DNA of 64,000 bases from NCBI RefSeq assembly GCF_022045235.1, contig NW_027266297.1, forward strand, positions 53,816,001 through 53,880,000, written 5' to 3'. Below are positions 62,493 through 64,000 of the stretch, one piece after another; positions within the stretch are counted from its first letter, which is position 1, and every line of letters starts with the position of its first letter. Origin of the DNA: Haliotis cracherodii (taxonomy: Eukaryota). The notes beneath the pieces were generated by a model. The model was not told the DNA's origin and made no database searches. It saw only the letters and a list, made by a program, of their open reading frames with translations. A program made the position numbers and the translations under genes.

Positions 62493-62565
<73 letters not shown>
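62493..62565. repeat. (GA)n microsatellite
   Basis: Directly visible. Confidence 0.97.
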
Positions 62566-62567
<2 letters not shown>

Positions 62568-63292
62568 ATTTCTAGTTGTTTTAATTACTCTTTGGTAATA
62601 AATATTTTGATTAAAAATATCGAATCATGTTTGCACTATATTCATACAAAATAATGTAACTATCAATTCCTGTATTATCACCGATTTATATTTATATTTG
62701 AACGCACTGGAAAACGGTTTTTCTCTGGGTATTTGTTTAGTGGTATTTGAGTATGGGTTATAAATCAGAGTTACTTCCCTTAGATAAACATCGTGAGTAT
62801 GCCATATCTCCCCGTCTCTGCCTTGTGCACTACAAATAATTAATCAAAGATGACACATAGTAAGAGAATAGTATAGTGTAAGAATGCAAGCCTATGTATT
62901 CATTAGACAAATATCACTTGGTAAACTTTGCACCATGCACCAGCAAAATTAAGGCTGCACGTTCGGTTTTCGATCAACATGATGTCGCTTTACCTAGCTG
63001 CATGTTTCTGTGGATGTTCTAAGAATAAATACCAATGATAATATCTACAGGTACATCTACTACAAGGAACTATAATAAATGCCCATGGTAATATATGTAG
63101 ACCTCTGGTTGATATGGCCATATGAAAAAGTCGAAATGGTCATACTGGAAAATCAAAAAGGGCCATATTAGTAATGTAAAAATAAACATCCAGATTCTTA
63201 TGGACAGTTTTGCTACACTTTACCCACTTACAAGGTAAGTGATCTACTTCATCCCTTGTTTATTATACCCATCACTATGACAATGAGTCAAG

Positions 63293-63779
63293 CTGAAAGG
63301 GTCGTTGTTGGCAGATACCCCAGGTACATTTATGTATACAGACAAATCAGAATACAGAAAGGTACCCAGTACTCTTAACGATGCAAGAGTCCATTTTCCT
63401 CAAACCGAAACCGGTTCATGTTACACTTTTTTGCCTGAATATGACTCCGTGCTGGATAATGCTGTGTATCGCGGAATATTTATGTACGTCACTGTGTATG
63501 CTAGTTTTTTAATATTGCACACTGGCATGCATCTCATACAACAGCATGATTGTTCCATTATGTAATGCGTACTGTCATGTTGAATTTTACCGCAGTTTGG
63601 CATCCAAGATGTATTGTATAGGTAATCGTTAAGTGCGTTGTGCAATACATCCTGCAGTGGAATGGACTCATCCTAGGGTAGCCTTTTGTTTTCTGGTTTT
63701 GGCTTGGGTCCATTTCTGTAAGAAAAACTACCTGGAGTACATTTCTGTAGTTCCTGTGGCAACAATGACCCCTGGTCAG
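63293..63779. mobile_element. Second, inverted copy of the 20749-21298 TIR element
   Basis: Shares TACCCTAGGATGAGTCCATTCC, CGGTAAAATTCAACATG.CAGTAC and AACATGA.CCGGTTTCGGTTT in reverse complement. Confidence 0.85.
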
Positions 63780-64000
63780 CACTGTATCAAACTCAAAGTA
63801 TGTATTACCAGCTTGATTAGTGAACACAACACATAGACAAGTTTCACTGATGATCATAGTTTATTGTAATCCTTTGTATTACAGAAATAGATAGAGAAAA
63901 CAAATAGAAGTTAACACTATGCTTGATACATGTCTTTATACTTTGTCATGTGGCCATTTTGAGGGATTGCCTAAAAGTCGGGCCGGGCCGGGCCGAGACG

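Overview
Eukaryotic, intron-rich, AT-rich invertebrate genomic DNA. The SINE families resemble those I recall from molluscs such as abalone, but that is recollection, not a search result. Three protein-coding genes can be reconstructed by hand with consistent GT-AG junctions and reading phase. (1) TRMT13, a tRNA position-4 2'-O-methyltransferase, on the minus strand: 14 coding exons, 27661->12241, 462 aa. (2) RAD23 on the plus strand: 9 coding exons, 28055->40164, 417 aa, head-to-head with TRMT13 with 393 bp between the start codons. (3) A Tctex-1-domain dynein light chain with a His-rich N-terminus on the minus strand, 46375->45734. Weaker evidence suggests the 5' end of an unidentified minus-strand gene at 1807-2760 and unidentified exons at 48-60 kb. 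The remainder holds at least four SINE families with related 3' tails, decayed mariner transposons, MITEs with clear target-site duplications (TA, 5, 8 and 9 bp), five long minisatellites and several microsatellites. The most notable observations are: (a) tandem arrays that amplify an exon end plus its 5' splice site in both neighbouring genes; (b) a headless SINE family whose copies start at the base of a predicted four-way-junction, kissing-loop RNA fold; (c) a 66-bp pure-hairpin MITE with a 9-bp TSD; (d) a Penelope-type minimal hammerhead remnant in RAD23 intron 1. No rRNA, bona fide tRNA or CRISPR array is present.
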